From positions 1 through 61,290 of the forward strand of contig JBBIVY010000005.1 in NCBI GenBank assembly GCA_037439485.1: DNA of 61,290 bases, in the 5' to 3' direction. Numbering within the stretch: position 1 is the stretch's first letter; each line of letters starts with the position of its first letter. Below are positions 38,404-48,443 of this stretch, one piece after another. This DNA is from Planctomycetota bacterium (GTDB taxonomy: Bacteria; Planctomycetota; DG-23; DATKVD01). The notes beneath the pieces were generated by a model, which saw only the letters and a list, made by a program, of their open reading frames with translations, did no database searches and was not told where the DNA came from. The translations under genes and the position numbers were made by a program.

Positions 38404-39270
38404 ATGCCCATCCTTTTCATCGTGATCCTCGCGGTCGTGCAGGGGCTGACGGAACTCCTGCCCGTATCGAGTTCGGCCCACGTCATCGTGGCGGAAAAGC
38501 TCCTCGGCCTCGACCCCACCAGGCCGGAAATGACGATGCTCCTCGTCATGCTGCACACCGGGACCATGTTCGCCGTCATCGTCTACTTTTGGCGGAGCTG
38601 GAAAGAGACCTATTTCGCCTCGCGCCAGACCGCGTGGAAGTACGGGAAGCTTCTCGCGCTGGCCACGGTCCTGACGGGCGTCGTGGGCCTGGCGCTCAAG
38701 GAGCTGATCGAACGCGTGGCGCTGCGGGATATGGACAAGGCCGAGATCGAGATGATCTTCGGGAACCTGCTGATTATGGGAATCGCCCTGGCGGCGGCAG
38801 GCGCGCTGATCATCTACGCGGGCATCAGAAACCGCGGGACGGAGTCCGCCGCCGCGGAGAACCTCGGCGCCAGGCAGTCCGCCTGGGTCGGCATGGTTCA
38901 GGGATTGTGCCTGCCTTTCCGCGGATTTTCGCGTTCCGGCGCCACCATTTCGACCGGCATGATCGCCGGGACCTCCCGGCGCGCGGCGGAGGCGTTCAGC
39001 TTCGCCCTGGCGGTGATCATCACCCCTGCGGCGATCGGTCGGGAGTTCATGCGCCTCATGCATTCCAAGCAGCCTCTCCTGGCGGCGGGGGGATCGATGG
39101 TCGACCTCCTGATGCCGAGCCTGCTCGGCCTCGTGTGCAGTTTCCTGGCGGGACTGCTCGCCCTCGTGTGGCTCTCCCGCTGGCTTGAGCGCGGACGCTG
39201 GGTCTATTTCGGCTTCTACTGCCTCGCCGCCTCGGCGGTCGTGTTGTTCCTGCGGGCGAAGGGGTTCTGA
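38404..39270 (+). CDS. uppP: Undecaprenyl-diphosphate phosphatase (BacA)
   Basis: QGLTELLPVSSSAH, HTGT, GFSRSGATIS, FSFAL, FGFYC. Confidence 0.93.
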   Translation: MPILFIVILAVVQGLTELLPVSSSAHVIVAEKLLGLDPTRPEMTMLLVMLHTGTMFAVIVYFWRSWKETYFASRQTAWKYGKLLALATVLTGVVGLALKELIERVALRDMDKAEIEMIFGNLLIMGIALAAAGALIIYAGIRNRGTESAAAENLGARQSAWVGMVQGLCLPFRGFSRSGATISTGMIAGTSRRAAEAFSFALAVIITPAAIGREFMRLMHSKQPLLAAGGSMVDLLMPSLLGLVCSFLAGLLALVWLSRWLERGRWVYFGFYCLAASAVVLFLRAKGF

Positions 39271-39303
39271 TATCCCGGCGCCCGGTTGTGAAACCCCTTC
39301 CGC

Positions 39304-39347
39304 TTGACCGCCGCTCTGCGGGGCGATAGAATCCGGCCATGCCGAAG
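39304..39347 (+). promoter_or_regulatory. Sigma-70 promoter plus leaderless ATG, copy 1 of a direct repeat
   Basis: TTGACC-N17-TAGAAT-ccggcc-ATG; 39320-39347 is identical to 40713-40740. Confidence 0.8.
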
Positions 39348-39376
39348 ACATCCTGCGGCTGGACGGAGGACGGCGC

Positions 39377-40693
39377 ATGAGTTTCCTTGAGATCATCATC
39401 ATCCTCGTAACCCTGCTGCTCAACTGCGCGTTCGCCGGCTTCGAGCTGGCGCTGGCGACGGTGAGCCTGGGGCGGCTGAGGATGTTGACGGAGCTGAAGC
39501 GCCACGGGGCGTCGGCGGCGCTCGCGATGAAGGGGCGAATGGAGGGCTCGCTCGCCGTCGTGCAGATCGGCATGACCCTGGCGGCCGCCACCGCCGCGGC
39601 CACCGGCGGCGCCGGGGCGAACGAGTATCTCTCCCCGTGGCTTCAGCGGACCTTCGGCATCACCCCGCAGTCCGGCGACGTGCTCGCCGTGGCTCTCGTT
39701 GTGATACCGCTCTCGGCCGTGACCATCATCGTGGCCGAGCTTGTCCCCAAGACCCTGGCGATCAAGCACAGCGAGTGGGTGTGCCTGACGCTCGCTCCCG
39801 TCATGCGCGTTCTGGCCTACGTCATTTACCCGGCTGTGGTCGTGTGCGAAGGGGCGACGCGGGGGATCGTCCGGCTCGTGGAGCGCCTGATGCCCGCCTC
39901 GGTCGGCGGGGCGTACGAGATGGGCCTGGCCGAACTGCGGGCCCAGGCCCGGGCGCTGCGCACCGGGAGCATTATCGGGGCCGAGCAGGAGCAGATCATC
40001 CTCGGCGCCAGCAATCTTTCCCGCACCCGCGTCGCCGACGCCATGGTGGACGCCGGGGACGTCGCGATGCTCTCCACCGACGCGTCGCTGGCCGACCATC
40101 TCGTCGTCATCCACCTCGAGGCCTACACTCGATTTCCCGTGACGCGGACGCCAGGCGACCCGCAGGGCATCATCGGCTACGTCAACGCCAAGGAGATGCT
40201 CTTCCTCGCCAAGAATCACCCGGAAGACCCGTCCATCGTCCGCATCGTGCGTCCGCTCGTCGAGGTGCGCGCCGACGTCACCATCGGCGAGGCGTTCACG
40301 CGCATGATGCAGGAGCACATCCACCTGGCGCTCGTCCGCGACGCCGAGGGCAAGGTCTCGGGCCTCATCACCATCGAGGACATCCTGGAGGAGCTGGTCG
40401 GCGACATCCAGGACGAGTTCGACCGCATGCCGCGCAACGTGACGCCCTCCGGCAGCCAGTGGGTGGTCGGCGGCGGCGCGACGCTGGGGGCGCTTCGCCA
40501 GGCGACGGGGCGCGCGGACCTCGGGGCGGACCTGCCGGACGAGCTTTCCCTGAACGAATGGTTGGATCGCGCCCATCCGGAGCCGTTCCGGAACGGAGAC
40601 GTCATTCTCCTTGGCGGCCTCAGCCTGCTCGTCCGCAAGGTCCGCCGGCGCAAGCTCCGCGAGGCGCTGGTGGACGTGGCCCCGGCTCGCTGA
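39377..40693 (+). CDS. CNNM/CBS-domain (CorB/TlyC hemolysin-family) membrane protein
   Basis: NCAFAGFELAL, VQIGMTL, AELVPKTLA, YTRFPV, GLITIEDILEELVGDIQDEFD, CorC_HlyC-like tail. Confidence 0.92.
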   Translation: MSFLEIIIILVTLLLNCAFAGFELALATVSLGRLRMLTELKRHGASAALAMKGRMEGSLAVVQIGMTLAAATAAATGGAGANEYLSPWLQRTFGITPQSGDVLAVALVVIPLSAVTIIVAELVPKTLAIKHSEWVCLTLAPVMRVLAYVIYPAVVVCEGATRGIVRLVERLMPASVGGAYEMGLAELRAQARALRTGSIIGAEQEQIILGASNLSRTRVADAMVDAGDVAMLSTDASLADHLVVIHLEAYTRFPVTRTPGDPQGIIGYVNAKEMLFLAKNHPEDPSIVRIVRPLVEVRADVTIGEAFTRMMQEHIHLALVRDAEGKVSGLITIEDILEELVGDIQDEFDRMPRNVTPSGSQWVVGGGATLGALRQATGRADLGADLPDELSLNEWLDRAHPEPFRNGDVILLGGLSLLVRKVRRRKLREALVDVAPAR

Positions 40694-40696
40694 CGC

Positions 40697-40740
40697 TTGA
40701 CCCTGGCGCGCGGGGGCGATAGAATCCGGCCATGCCGAAG
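40697..40740 (+). promoter_or_regulatory. Sigma-70 promoter with leaderless start of addB, copy 2 of the direct repeat
   Basis: TTGACC-N17-TAGAAT-ccggcc-ATG(40732); no SD sequence. Confidence 0.8.
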
Positions 40741-43700
40741 GCATCCCCCCAGATCCCTGTGACCGTCATCGTCGGCCCGGCGCACAGCGCCAAGACCGGG
40801 AGGGTGCTGCGCGAATTCAGGGAGGCGCTGGGATGTGGGGAAGACGCCGTCCTCCTCCTGCCGACGACCGAGGCGGCGACCTCGTTGCGCACGGCGCTGC
40901 TGCTCGATGGGACCTTCGACGCTTTCGTCGGCCCGAGAATCCTCACCTTCGTCCAGTTCGCCGAACAGGTCCTCCAGCACGAGGCGCCGGAGGTGCGGCC
41001 GGTGGACGCGATGGTGGAGGACGAACTCCTCGCGCGCATCGTCGAGGCGCTCGCCGCCGACGGCGCCATCCGGCATCACGCGGGCGTCCTTGAGTTCCGC
41101 GGGTTCGTTCGCGCGGTGCGGCAGTTCATCACCGAAATCAAGCGCGCGGAGATTGCGCCCGAGGATTTCGCGAAATTCGCCCGGCGCAAGGGCGGCTCGG
41201 CGGCGGATCGCGAGCTTTCCGCGATCTATTCCCGCTATCAGGACACGCTCCAGGGCCTCGACCTCTACGACGAGGAGGGCCGGTTCTGGCGCGCGCGGCT
41301 CCTCGTCTCCGAGGGCCGGCTCGGGCCGTTCGCGAGGCTCCGCTCGATCCTCCTCGACGGCTTCTATGACTTCACCCCGACGCAGCTCGGCCTGCTGGAG
41401 GCGCTCGTCGGCCGAGGTGTGTCGCTCACGATGACGCTGCCCCTGGAAGACGACGCCGGGCGCGGGGAGCTTTTCGAGACCGCCGCCGCGACGCTGGCGA
41501 CGCTCCGCGCGCGCTTCGCCGTTACCGAGGAAGCGCCCCCTCGCGGCAAGGAGGCCGCGGACGCCGCGCTCGGATGGATCACCGACCACCTCTTCCGCGC
41601 GAGCGTCCCCTCGGGCGCGCCGGCCCCCACCTCCATTGCCGTCATCGAGGCCCCCGGCGCCGCCGCGGAGGTGAGGGAGATCGCCCGTGAGGTCAAGCGC
41701 CTTCACGTTGAGGAGCGCGTGCCGCTCGAAAGCATCGCCGTCCTCTTCCGCACGCTCGGCGAGTATCGCGACATGGTCGAGGACGCGTTCGAGGAATTCG
41801 GCATCCCCGTGCGCATCGCCCAGGGAATGCGCCTTTCCGACACGCCCGTCGGCCAGGCGATGCTCCAACTCGCCCGCGTGCCGGTCGAAGGCTGGAGCCG
41901 CGTGGACGTTTTCGCACTGCTGAAATCCAACTACGTCTCCGCGTCGGCCGTGGGGCTCGGGGACGGGGGCCTGTCGCTCTCGCGCTTCGAGGACCTTGCC
42001 GCCGAGGCCGGGATCATTGGCGGGCGCGAGGCGTGGCTCAGGAACCTCAAGGCCCTGCGCGAGCGGATCGCGTCGCGGCTCGAAACGCTCGGGGCCGAGT
42101 CGGACGAGGACGCCCCGCGGCCCGAGACGCCCGAGGAGTTGCGGGCAATCATCGCCGATTCGTCGCTCGCCGAGGCTGCGGCGGGGAGGCTCTTCGCGCT
42201 CTTTCAGCCGCTCGAATCCGCGCGCACGGCGGAGGAATGCGTCAAGGCCCTCCGAGGCGTCGCCCGCGCGCTCCGCATTGCGGAGAACCTTCGCTGCGCA
42301 TCGCGCGAAATCGCGGCCCGGGACCTCGAAAGCCTCGCCTCCGTCGAGGACGCGCTCGACGGCCTCGTCCGCACCGCGGCGATCGTCGAGCGGCCGGAGT
42401 GTGCGCCGGCGGATTTCGCGCGTAACCTCGCGCTCGCATTCGCCGACCTCACGGTCTCCCGGCACGCCGCGGGATTCGGCCGCGTTCACGTCCGCGAGGT
42501 CCACGACGTCCGCGCGCTGTCGTTCGACGTCGTCTTCATCGGCGGCCTGCTCGAACGCTCCTTCCCGCGGATGCATCGGGAAGGCCCGTTCTACGACGAC
42601 CGCGATCGCGACGAGATGTCGCGCGCCGGGCTCGGCCTGGAGCCGAAACGGCTTTCTCAGCGCGAGGAGCGGTTCCTCTTCTACCTCGCCGCCACGCGCG
42701 CGAAGAAGCGGCTTTACCTCTCGTATCCCGTCACCGATCGCGAGGGCAAGGAGAAGCTCGTATCGTATTACGTGGACGAGGTGCGCAAGCTTTTCGAGCC
42801 GGCTCACTCGATCGAGGTGAGACGCGTGTCGTTGTCGAAGAAGACGCCGCCGCTGGCTCAGGCGGGCTCGCGGATGGAACTGCGACGCGCCGCGGCGCTC
42901 AGGCTTTCGGCGCCGAAGCTTGCGGGCCCGCTTGAAATCAACCGCGCGGCGGCGTATCTCTGGGCGCGCGGAAGCGAGACGGCGCTCGTCCTTAAGCGCG
43001 CGCTTGAAGGCGAGGCGGAGCGCGATTCGTGGAGCTTCTTCGGCGCGCACGATGGCGTCCTCTCGCACCCGTCGGCGGCGGCATTCCTGGCGGATCGCTT
43101 CGGGGCGGAGCACGCGTTCAGCGTGACGAGCCTCGAACGCTACGGCGGATGCCCGTTTGCCTTCTTCCTCGGCTACGTCCTCGACCTCGAACCCCCGCCC
43201 GAGCCGCCCGCCCAGATCGAGGCCGTGGACGAGGGCCAGATACTCCACCGCACGCTGCGCGATTTCTACGCCGAGCGGCGCGACACGATGCCCCATTCGC
43301 GCATCGCCGAGAGCGAGTGTGAGGCCGCGACGGCGCGGCTGATCGAGATCGCCGAGCGCCACCTGGGCCGTTTCCGCCGCGAGAACCCCGACATGAGCGA
43401 CGGGCTCTTCCGCCTCCAGCGCGAGGGCATCCGCGAGACGCTCGCCGCGTTCGTGCAACTCGAAATCGACGAGACCGCGAAGGACGAGTTCGGGATGTCG
43501 CCGACGCATTTCGAGGCGGCGTTCGGATTCCCGAAGAACCCCCGCGCGGCGGAGGCGCTTTCGACGACCGAGCGCCTGGTCCTCTCGGCCCGCGACGTGG
43601 CTCCGGTGTCGGTGATCGGCCGCATCGACCGCATCGACGTGGGCAAGGCGATGGAGAACTCGAAGGCTCCGACGTTCCGCGTCGTGGACTACAAACGCTC

Positions 43701-44121
43701 GGGGGCGCCACGCGCCGCGGAACTCGCGGAGGGGACGTCGCTCCAGATGCCCGTCTATGTCCTCGCCGCGCGCGACGTCCTCTTCAAGGGACGCGAGATG
43801 GAACCCGTCTCCGCGGTCTATTACGAACTGGCCAGGGCGAAGGCCCGCGCGATGATGAATCGCCTGAAGACGCCGCGCAACGCGCCCGAGTGGGACGAAT
43901 GCCTGACGCTCGCTCGCGACTACATCCTCTCCTTCGCCGTCGACATCCGCGGCGGGCTCTTTCCGGTCGTCCGACGGGGCGGCGGACCTTGCCCGGCGTG
44001 GTGCGAGTTCTGCGAGATCTGCCGCTATAGCCCCTTCCGCGCGAAGAAGAAGAGCGGGGAATATCAGCCGTGGTTCATGCGCGAGAAAGGCCGGGCCGGG
44101 GAAGGGGGGAAGCATGGATAA
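40732..44121 (+). CDS. addB: AddB/RexB-like inactive helicase + PD-(D/E)XK nuclease subunit
   Basis: Degenerate Walker A GPAHSAKT, LDGFYDFTP, FYLAATRAKKRLYLSY, nuclease SVTSLERYGGCPF, GRIDRID, VVDYK, QMPVY, CPAWCEFCEIC. Confidence 0.88.
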   Translation: MPKASPQIPVTVIVGPAHSAKTGRVLREFREALGCGEDAVLLLPTTEAATSLRTALLLDGTFDAFVGPRILTFVQFAEQVLQHEAPEVRPVDAMVEDELLARIVEALAADGAIRHHAGVLEFRGFVRAVRQFITEIKRAEIAPEDFAKFARRKGGSAADRELSAIYSRYQDTLQGLDLYDEEGRFWRARLLVSEGRLGPFARLRSILLDGFYDFTPTQLGLLEALVGRGVSLTMTLPLEDDAGRGELFETAAATLATLRARFAVTEEAPPRGKEAADAALGWITDHLFRASVPSGAPAPTSIAVIEAPGAAAEVREIAREVKRLHVEERVPLESIAVLFRTLGEYRDMVEDAFEEFGIPVRIAQGMRLSDTPVGQAMLQLARVPVEGWSRVDVFALLKSNYVSASAVGLGDGGLSLSRFEDLAAEAGIIGGREAWLRNLKALRERIASRLETLGAESDEDAPRPETPEELRAIIADSSLAEAAAGRLFALFQPLESARTAEECVKALRGVARALRIAENLRCASREIAARDLESLASVEDALDGLVRTAAIVERPECAPADFARNLALAFADLTVSRHAAGFGRVHVREVHDVRALSFDVVFIGGLLERSFPRMHREGPFYDDRDRDEMSRAGLGLEPKRLSQREERFLFYLAATRAKKRLYLSYPVTDREGKEKLVSYYVDEVRKLFEPAHSIEVRRVSLSKKTPPLAQAGSRMELRRAAALRLSAPKLAGPLEINRAAAYLWARGSETALVLKRALEGEAERDSWSFFGAHDGVLSHPSAAAFLADRFGAEHAFSVTSLERYGGCPFAFFLGYVLDLEPPPEPPAQIEAVDEGQILHRTLRDFYAERRDTMPHSRIAESECEAATARLIEIAERHLGRFRRENPDMSDGLFRLQREGIRETLAAFVQLEIDETAKDEFGMSPTHFEAAFGFPKNPRAAEALSTTERLVLSARDVAPVSVIGRIDRIDVGKAMENSKAPTFRVVDYKRSGAPRAAELAEGTSLQMPVYVLAARDVLFKGREMEPVSAVYYELARAKARAMMNRLKTPRNAPEWDECLTLARDYILSFAVDIRGGLFPVVRRGGGPCPAWCEFCEICRYSPFRAKKKSGEYQPWFMREKGRAGEGGKHG

Positions 44122-47100
44122 GTCCCTCCGCACCCCTCGCCAGGCCGCCGCGATCGAGAGCGTGGATCGGAGCGTCTGCGTCCGCGCGGGCGCCGGGACG
44201 GGTAAGACGTTCGTCCTCGTCGGCCGATACATGGAGCTTCTGCGCCGGCGCAAGGTCGAGTCCGTCCGCGAGATCGCCGCCCTCACCTACACCGAGAAGG
44301 CCGCGAAGGAGATGAAGGACCGCCTGCGCCGCGAGTGCCTTGCCGAGGAGAAGGCCGCGACCGGCGCCGACGCGTCATGGTGGCGGCGGCAGCGCATCGA
44401 CCTCGAAACCGCGCACGTCGGCACGCTGCACGGGTTCTGCATGTCGCTCCTCTACGAGCACCCGGTCGAGGCCGGGGTCGACCCGCAGTTCAAGGTCCTC
44501 GACCAGGTCGAGCAGTCGCTCCTGGCCCGCCGCGCGGTCGACGACGTGTTGCGCAAGTCGCTCGACGACGACATCCCCGGCGTGCTCGCGCTCCTTCGCG
44601 AGACCGGGCGCGACAGCGTGCGCGGGATGCTCGGCGTGATGATCGGCCGGCGCGTCGATGCCGACGGGGCCGCCGGGGCGATCGAGACAATCGGCGACGA
44701 CGCCCTTGCGCGAATCGCGAAGCTCCTTGCCGACGCCCAGGCGCAGTTCCTTGCCGCTGCGCTGGAGCGTGCGGAATCGGCGGGGCTCCTCGACGTCCTG
44801 CGCCGGAACGCCGCCTCCGACCCGAAGGACTTGGCGGAGGCGCGTCGGCGCGAGGTGCTGCGCATCGCGGGCGAAATCGGCGCGTCGAAGGATGCGGAAG
44901 TCCGCGTCGCGCTTGCGGCGGAGCTTCGCAATGCCCTCGCCACGCTTGCCGGAGGCAGCAAGGCGAAGTGGGGCGAGGAGGCGCTTGCCGCGGCGAAGGA
45001 GGCGTTCAAGGCGCTGCGGGATATTCTGGACGACGTCCCCGGCGGCGCCTTCGGGCGCAAACCGGACGACCTCGACCGGCGGGGGCTTGAATTCTCGCGC
45101 ACGCTCGCATCGCTCTACCGCGCGGCCTCGACGGCCTACGATGCGGCGAAGGCCGAGCGGGGATGCCTCGATTTCGAGGATCTGCTCATCCGCGCCCACG
45201 CGCTGCTCGCGAAGAGCGCGACGGTGCGCGCGCGGGTGCGGGAGAAGGTGCGCTTCCTCCTCGTCGACGAGTTGCAGGACAGCGCGATCATCGACCGCGA
45301 GATCATGCTGCTCGTCGCCGCGGACGCCGAGGCGTCGGCGAAGGGCGATCATCCGGTCATTCCGCCGGGACGGCTCTTCGTCGTCGGCGACGACAAGCAG
45401 TCCATCTATCGCTTCCGCGGCGCCGAGGTCACGGTGTTCCACGACCTGGGAAAGCTCCTTGAAGAGCAGGGGGGCGCGGTGGACCTCGACCGCAACTTCC
45501 GCACCGTTCCTGAAGGCGTCGCGTTTGCGAACGAGTTCTTCGGCCGCGTGCTGGGCAGGTGCGAGTTGCGCTGCGCCTACCAGAGCCGCTACATCGACCT
45601 CGACGCGAACCGCACCGAAAGCGCGCAGTTCCTTGAGGCCATCGTCCCTGAGCCCGTCCCCGGCGAAAGCTCCGACGACGCCCGCGACCGCGAGGCCCGA
45701 ATGGTCGCCGCGCGCCTCGGCGAGATGGTCGCCGGCGGCGAGAAGCTTGCGTGGGACGAGAAGGCGAAGGTGTTCCGCGCGGTGAGGTGGGGGGATATCG
45801 CGCTGCTCTTTCGCGCGATGACCGCGGTGGGCGCTTACGAAAGGGCGCTGCGAAACGCGGGAGTGCCTTACTACATCCTCGGCGGCGGCGGGTTCTATCG
45901 CGCGCAGGAGGTGCTGGACGTGCTGACGGCGCTGAAGACGCTTGAACGCCCGCGGGACGCCGTGGCGCTCGCGGGGACGCTGCGGTCGCCGCTCTTCGGC
46001 ATTAGCGACGAGACGCTCTTCTTCATGCGCCGGCGCGGGTCAGTGGGGCAGGGGCTGGCCGAGGCGGAGTCGGTGGAGAACATCGCCGGCGATCAGCGTC
46101 TCGGGCTCATCGCGGCGCGGAAGACGCTCGTGGATCTGGCCGCGGTGAAGAACCGCCTGCCGATATCGAGGCTCATCGGAGAGCTTCTCTCGCGCACCGG
46201 CTTCGACGCGGCGCTATTGGCCCAATACGGCGGCCTGCAGCGCCTGGCGAACGTGGAGAAGCTCATTGACCTCGCCCGGGCGTTCGAGGCGAAGGGGCTC
46301 TTCACGCTCGACGAGTTCATCCGCTACATCGAGGAGTTCGTCTCGGTCGAGGAGCGCGAGAGCGAGGCGGCGGCCGAGGAGGAATCAAGCGACGTCGTGC
46401 GCCTCATGAGCGTCCACCGCGCGAAGGGCCTGGAGTTCCCGGTCGTGTTCGTCCCCGACCTCGCGCACCGGCGCATGCCGTCCGGACGCGCGCTGGAACT
46501 TGACCGCGCGCTCGGCATCGCGATCAACCTCGGCGACGAGGAGGGCGCGAAGCCCATCCTCTACGACCTCATCCGTCATGAGGACGAGCTGCGCGACGAA
46601 GCGGAAGACCTGCGCGTGCTTTACGTCGCCTTCACCCGCGCGCGCGACCACCTTGTGCTTTCGGGTGCGCCCGCTGGGGGAAAGGCGCTTAAGGGCACGT
46701 GGCTCGATCGCGTCGCGTCATGTTATGACCTGCTCGGCGACGAGGGCAAGCCCGCGGCGGAATTCGCCTACGGGAAGGAGGGGTGCCTCAAGGCCCCCGT
46801 CCGCTCGAAGGCGCCCGCGGAGGACGAGTCGCGCGCGAAGCAGGAGCATCACAGCGCGTGGAAGATCGTCAAGCGGCTCGATCGGCTCGTCGAGCGCGCG
46901 TCGATCATGCCGCGTCTGCCGGAGTATTCCGGCCGCGCGAGGATCGAGCCGATACCGCTCGACTTGAAGCTCAAGCGCCGGTTCGTGGCGAGCGAGTTCG
47001 CGGAGTATCTCTATTGCCCGCAGAGGTACTACCTCTCGCGCATCCTCGGCATCCTGCCGGGCGACGTGGGCCTTGCGAACGAGGCCCACGCGTCGAGCGG

Positions 47101-47737
47101 CCTCGTGTTCGGCACGGTGGTCCACCGCGCGCTTGCGGCGTGGGATTTCCGGTCTGAGTCGCTCGCGAAGGCGGTCGAGCACGCGGTCGCAGGCTCGGGA
47201 CTTGCCGGCTCCCAGAAGGGGAAGGAGATTGCGAGGGCCGCCGCGGGGATGATCCGCGGCGCGCTCGACCAGGGCCTCTTCGCCTCGGCCGCCGCCGCGA
47301 AGGAAAGGGTGGGGGAGTATCCCGTCGCCGGCCGCGTCTCGGACTTCGTCGTCGAAGGTTCGCTCGACGGGGCGTTCACTTCTGCGGGCGGCGGCGTCGA
47401 GATCGTCGACTACAAGACCGACCGCGTCGAGCTCGGCGGCATCGCCGAGCTTGCCGCGCACTACGAGCTTCAAGTCGCCTGCTACGCCCTCGCCGCGACC
47501 AAGGCCGGCATGAAGGTCGATCGCGCCTCGCTGCTCTTTCTTCGCCCGGCCCTCCGCCACGATTGGACCTGCGACCCCGCCCAGCTTGCGGCGTGGGAGC
47601 ATCGCCTCACCGACTGTGTCGCCTCGATTCGCGGCGGAGCGTTCGCCGAGCGTGCCGATATCACTCCCTGTCGCTGCCGGCACGCGTGGACGTGCGGCCG
47701 GAAGACCGTTGTCGGAGAGGACCTGGACCTGGTGTGA
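44114..47737 (+). CDS. addA: AddA/UvrD-family helicase-nuclease subunit
   Basis: AGAGTGKT, TYTEKAAKEM, TLHGFC, VDELQD, VGDDKQSIYRFRGA, SVHRAKGLEFP, LYVAFTRARD, nuclease IVDYKTD, QVACY. Confidence 0.92.
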   Translation: MDKSLRTPRQAAAIESVDRSVCVRAGAGTGKTFVLVGRYMELLRRRKVESVREIAALTYTEKAAKEMKDRLRRECLAEEKAATGADASWWRRQRIDLETAHVGTLHGFCMSLLYEHPVEAGVDPQFKVLDQVEQSLLARRAVDDVLRKSLDDDIPGVLALLRETGRDSVRGMLGVMIGRRVDADGAAGAIETIGDDALARIAKLLADAQAQFLAAALERAESAGLLDVLRRNAASDPKDLAEARRREVLRIAGEIGASKDAEVRVALAAELRNALATLAGGSKAKWGEEALAAAKEAFKALRDILDDVPGGAFGRKPDDLDRRGLEFSRTLASLYRAASTAYDAAKAERGCLDFEDLLIRAHALLAKSATVRARVREKVRFLLVDELQDSAIIDREIMLLVAADAEASAKGDHPVIPPGRLFVVGDDKQSIYRFRGAEVTVFHDLGKLLEEQGGAVDLDRNFRTVPEGVAFANEFFGRVLGRCELRCAYQSRYIDLDANRTESAQFLEAIVPEPVPGESSDDARDREARMVAARLGEMVAGGEKLAWDEKAKVFRAVRWGDIALLFRAMTAVGAYERALRNAGVPYYILGGGGFYRAQEVLDVLTALKTLERPRDAVALAGTLRSPLFGISDETLFFMRRRGSVGQGLAEAESVENIAGDQRLGLIAARKTLVDLAAVKNRLPISRLIGELLSRTGFDAALLAQYGGLQRLANVEKLIDLARAFEAKGLFTLDEFIRYIEEFVSVEERESEAAAEEESSDVVRLMSVHRAKGLEFPVVFVPDLAHRRMPSGRALELDRALGIAINLGDEEGAKPILYDLIRHEDELRDEAEDLRVLYVAFTRARDHLVLSGAPAGGKALKGTWLDRVASCYDLLGDEGKPAAEFAYGKEGCLKAPVRSKAPAEDESRAKQEHHSAWKIVKRLDRLVERASIMPRLPEYSGRARIEPIPLDLKLKRRFVASEFAEYLYCPQRYYLSRILGILPGDVGLANEAHASSGLVFGTVVHRALAAWDFRSESLAKAVEHAVAGSGLAGSQKGKEIARAAAGMIRGALDQGLFASAAAAKERVGEYPVAGRVSDFVVEGSLDGAFTSAGGGVEIVDYKTDRVELGGIAELAAHYELQVACYALAATKAGMKVDRASLLFLRPALRHDWTCDPAQLAAWEHRLTDCVASIRGGAFAERADITPCRCRHAWTCGRKTVVGEDLDLV

Positions 47738-47739
47738 CG

Positions 47740-48348
47740 TTACTCCGTCGCAGGCTTCGAAGCCCTGGGCTTCTCGTCGGGCTGGGCCTGCTGGAGGGCC
47801 TTGACGGTGGCCCCCATGACGGCGCAGGAGGTGATCGTGGCGCCGGTGAACGCGTCGACGGAGGGGGTCTTGCGGGTGACGATTTCCTGGGGGACGGTTT
47901 CCAGCGACTTCAGCGCGCGGCTTTCCTTCGTGGAGACGATCTTCATGCCGGCGATCTTGCCGCCCTTCACCGTGACCTCGACGGTGACGTCGGCCACGTA
48001 ACCCATCTGGCTTCCCTGGTACGTCCCGTCCTTCATCTTGGCCAGGTTCAGCGTCGGCATCGCGTCGCACAGGTCGACCATCGCCTGCGCGGCGACGACG
48101 AACCTCTGTGTGCCCGCCGCCTGGAATCCCTTGAGGGCATCCTCGTAGCACTTCTTCGCCTTGTCCCAGTCGTGGTTTGCGCGAAGGGCGCCCGCCTGCT
48201 GCAGAAGCTTCTGGGCGCGCTGGAAATCGGGATTGGGCGCGGCGGCGGCCTTGCGGAGGAACGTTCCGGAGGAGATAAACTGCGAGAGGACGAAGATCGC
48301 GACGGACAGCCCCAAGGCGGCGAGGAGGAACGCGGTTCGTGAACGCAT
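47740..48348 (-). CDS. Exported FMN-binding (flavinylation-motif) protein with TPR-like helix pair
   Basis: N-terminal signal/TM; KDGTYQG..GY..DVTVEVTV..GKI and VDAFTGATITS FMN_bind signature; ATG at 48348. Confidence 0.85.
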   Translation of the reverse strand: MRSRTAFLLAALGLSVAIFVLSQFISSGTFLRKAAAAPNPDFQRAQKLLQQAGALRANHDWDKAKKCYEDALKGFQAAGTQRFVVAAQAMVDLCDAMPTLNLAKMKDGTYQGSQMGYVADVTVEVTVKGGKIAGMKIVSTKESRALKSLETVPQEIVTRKTPSVDAFTGATITSCAVMGATVKALQQAQPDEKPRASKPATE

Positions 48349-48443
48349 AGGGACCTTTCGTTGGCGCCGGTCAATAGCCACTATAGCACATGACGGCGAA
48401 AGTGCAACAGGTTTGCGCGCAGGCTGGGCATGGGCGCGGTCGT

